In this document: piece after piece, positions 62,578 through 64,000 of the stretch
Layout: the number at the start of each line of letters is the position of its first letter
Position numbering within the stretch: the first letter of the stretch is position 1
Assembly: GCA_028715415.1 (NCBI GenBank)
Contig: JAQURX010000005.1
Span: forward strand, 43 to 64,042
DNA length: 64,000 nucleotides
DNA from: Candidatus Omnitrophota bacterium
GTDB taxonomy: Bacteria; Omnitrophota; Gorgyraeia; Gygaellales; Profunditerraquicolaceae
Reading direction: 5' to 3'
Notes under the pieces: model-generated
What the model was told of the DNA's origin: nothing
What the model saw: the letters and a program-made list of their open reading frames with translations, nothing else
Database searches by the model: none
Translations under genes and position numbers: made by a program

Positions 62578-63195
62578 CTAATCAATAACACCTTTCGTGG
62601 AAGGAATACCCTTTCTACGAGGATCAATCTGTGTTGCTTCATCCAATGCTTTACCCAATGCTTTAAAAACCGGCTCTAAATTAGTATGCAAATCTGGATT
62701 AGTTGTTTTAAGTATGATATTTAAATTCATCCCCATCCGCTTCGCTAAAGATTCAAAAAAATGATTCGCGTACTCAAGAGAATAATCCTCGTCTTTTTTT
62801 GCTGACATAGGCCCTAAATTCGATTCTATTCCTTTAAAGAAACCTCTTCCGCTTATATCAACTGCGACATTAGCTATGGCATCTTCCATTGGCACAGATG
62901 CATCGCCAAAACGCCTAATTCCTTTTTTATCTCCTAATGCCTGTTTAAAAGCATCCCCCAGGACAATCCCTATATCTTCATTAGTATGGTGAATATCAAT
63001 ATTAAAATCACCGCGCTTTACTAACACGTCTAAATCAAAATGGCCCCAAAATGAAAACAATTCCAACATATGATCAAGAAATCCTATGCCAGTTTTAATT
63101 TTAGACTTACCAGTCCCATCAATATTTAATTCAATAGCTATGTCGGTTTCTTTAGTTTTGCGTTTTACAATCGCAACTCTTTTTTTCATTATCAT
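62578..63195 (-). CDS. hisB: Imidazoleglycerol-phosphate dehydratase
   Basis: RKTKETDIAIELNIDG...HHTNEDIGI. Confidence 0.9.
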   Translation of the reverse strand: MIMKKRVAIVKRKTKETDIAIELNIDGTGKSKIKTGIGFLDHMLELFSFWGHFDLDVLVKRGDFNIDIHHTNEDIGIVLGDAFKQALGDKKGIRRFGDASVPMEDAIANVAVDISGRGFFKGIESNLGPMSAKKDEDYSLEYANHFFESLAKRMGMNLNIILKTTNPDLHTNLEPVFKALGKALDEATQIDPRRKGIPSTKGVID

Positions 63196-63205
63196 TCCTT
63201 GTAGT

Positions 63206-64000
63206 TTAAAATCTTGCTTTAACAGAATCCAAATGTTTAACTAAACCTTCAATCCCTGCAACCTTTTCTAAAGGCTCTCTTATTTTCTCAAGCGCTTTTT
63301 TAGAATAATTAATAATGTGGTTGCTTTTGACAAAATCATGCGCTGATAACCCAGAGAAAAATCTTGCAGTCCCGTTAGTCGGAAGCACATGGCTTGGGCC
63401 AGCGACATAGTCTCCCACAGCTGTCGGGCTATAGGGCCCTAGAAAAATAGCTCCTGCGTTCTTTATAAGTTTTAAAAGCCTGTTTGGATTATTCACCAAG
63501 ATTTCAAGATGCTCAGGAGCAATTTTATTGGCAATGTCAGCTGCCTGCTCAAGGTTCTTTGTTAATATTATCGTTCCATTGTCAGAGGAAAGCTTGGATT
63601 TAATTTCATAAGCCAAACTTTTTGAGTTGGTAATTAAAATAGCGAGCCCCTTAGCGTGTTCAGCCTGAGCTTTTAAGTCAGCAATAATAAATTTTGGATC
63701 GCTATGCCTATTTGCGATAATTACAAGTTCAGTCGGGCCTGCAACCATATCAATATCAACCTGTCCAAAGACCTGCCGTTTAGCTTCTGTCACATATACA
63801 TTCCCTGGCCCAACAATTTTATCAACGCGCGGTATTGTCTTTGTTCCATAAGCAAGAGCGGCAATCCCCTGAGCTCCTCCTACACGATAAATCTCATCTA
63901 CCTTTAGCAGGTTTGCCACAACTAAAATATGCGGGTTGATAAACCCGAATTTATCTGGAGGGCTGATTAAGGCGATTTTCTTAACTCCTGCTAATTTTGC
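63206..64000 (-). CDS. hisD: Histidinol dehydrogenase, C-terminal portion (N-terminus beyond window)
   Basis: Open frame continues to the window edge; the listed 237-aa stretch matches the HisD C-terminal half. Confidence 0.85.
   Translation of the reverse strand, partial: AKLAGVKKIALISPPDKFGFINPHILVVANLLKVDEIYRVGGAQGIAALAYGTKTIPRVDKIVGPGNVYVTEAKRQVFGQVDIDMVAGPTELVIIANRHSDPKFIIADLKAQAEHAKGLAILITNSKSLAYEIKSKLSSDNGTIILTKNLEQAADIANKIAPEHLEILVNNPNRLLKLIKNAGAIFLGPYSPTAVGDYVAGPSHVLPTNGTARFFSGLSAHDFVKSNHIINYSKKALEKIREPLEKVAGIEGLVKHLDSVKARF

Overview
The window is a 64 kb stretch of a low-GC bacterial chromosome in which essentially every gene is on the minus strand, so it is read here from high to low coordinate. 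The left end (about 1 to 11,600) is a dense accessory lipid or polyketide-like biosynthetic cluster with its own promoter. The rest (about 11,600 to 64,000) is a long array of core housekeeping genes.

Core region, in transcription order:
- hisD (partial), hisB, hisH, hisA, a peptidoglycan-binding lipoprotein, hisF, hisI and an orphan trpE-like gene.
- rpsP, yajC, a fused secDF, an unusually short mfd, surA-like, pdxA and rsmA.
- A strong sigma70-like promoter, then tRNA-Thr(GGU), rpmG, tRNA-Trp(CCA), secE, nusG, rplKAJL, rpoB, rpoC, rpsL, rpsG, fusA and tuf.
- The full S10, spc and alpha ribosomal operons in ancestral order, including infA and an rpmJ whose C-terminus is frameshifted.
- An aminotransferase, leuC-like, pilT inserted between leuC and leuD, leuD-like, an IDH-like dehydrogenase, mdh, lpd, lipB and a standalone lipoyl-domain protein, closed by a long perfect hairpin terminator.

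Accessory cluster, transcribed from a near-consensus TTGACA-17-TATATT promoter:
- An excisionase-family HTH protein and an acyl-ACP-reductase-like Rossmann protein.
- A ketosynthase-like protein in which both catalytic histidines are replaced (C-C-E instead of C-H-H), FabG, ACP, FabZ and a canonical KAS II; no enoyl reductase is present.
- A thioester-reductase (R-domain) SDR, a compact GMC-type FAD oxidoreductase with an inserted CxxCxxCxxxC motif, a nitroreductase and a CrtI/phytoene-desaturase-like oxidase.
- A partial multi-TM GAF sensor histidine kinase at the window edge.

Three intergenic sites inside operons carry a family of structured palindromic repeat modules (tgtcattcccgcGAAAgcgggaatc and relatives). 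Between copies the stems differ by compensatory base-pair changes and the tetraloops are conserved, which argues for selection on hairpin structure. Two copies lie directly against start codons that lack a Shine-Dalgarno. No CRISPR array, rRNA gene, integrase or transposase was seen. All calls rest on reading the six-frame translations and the sequence by eye; no searches were run.
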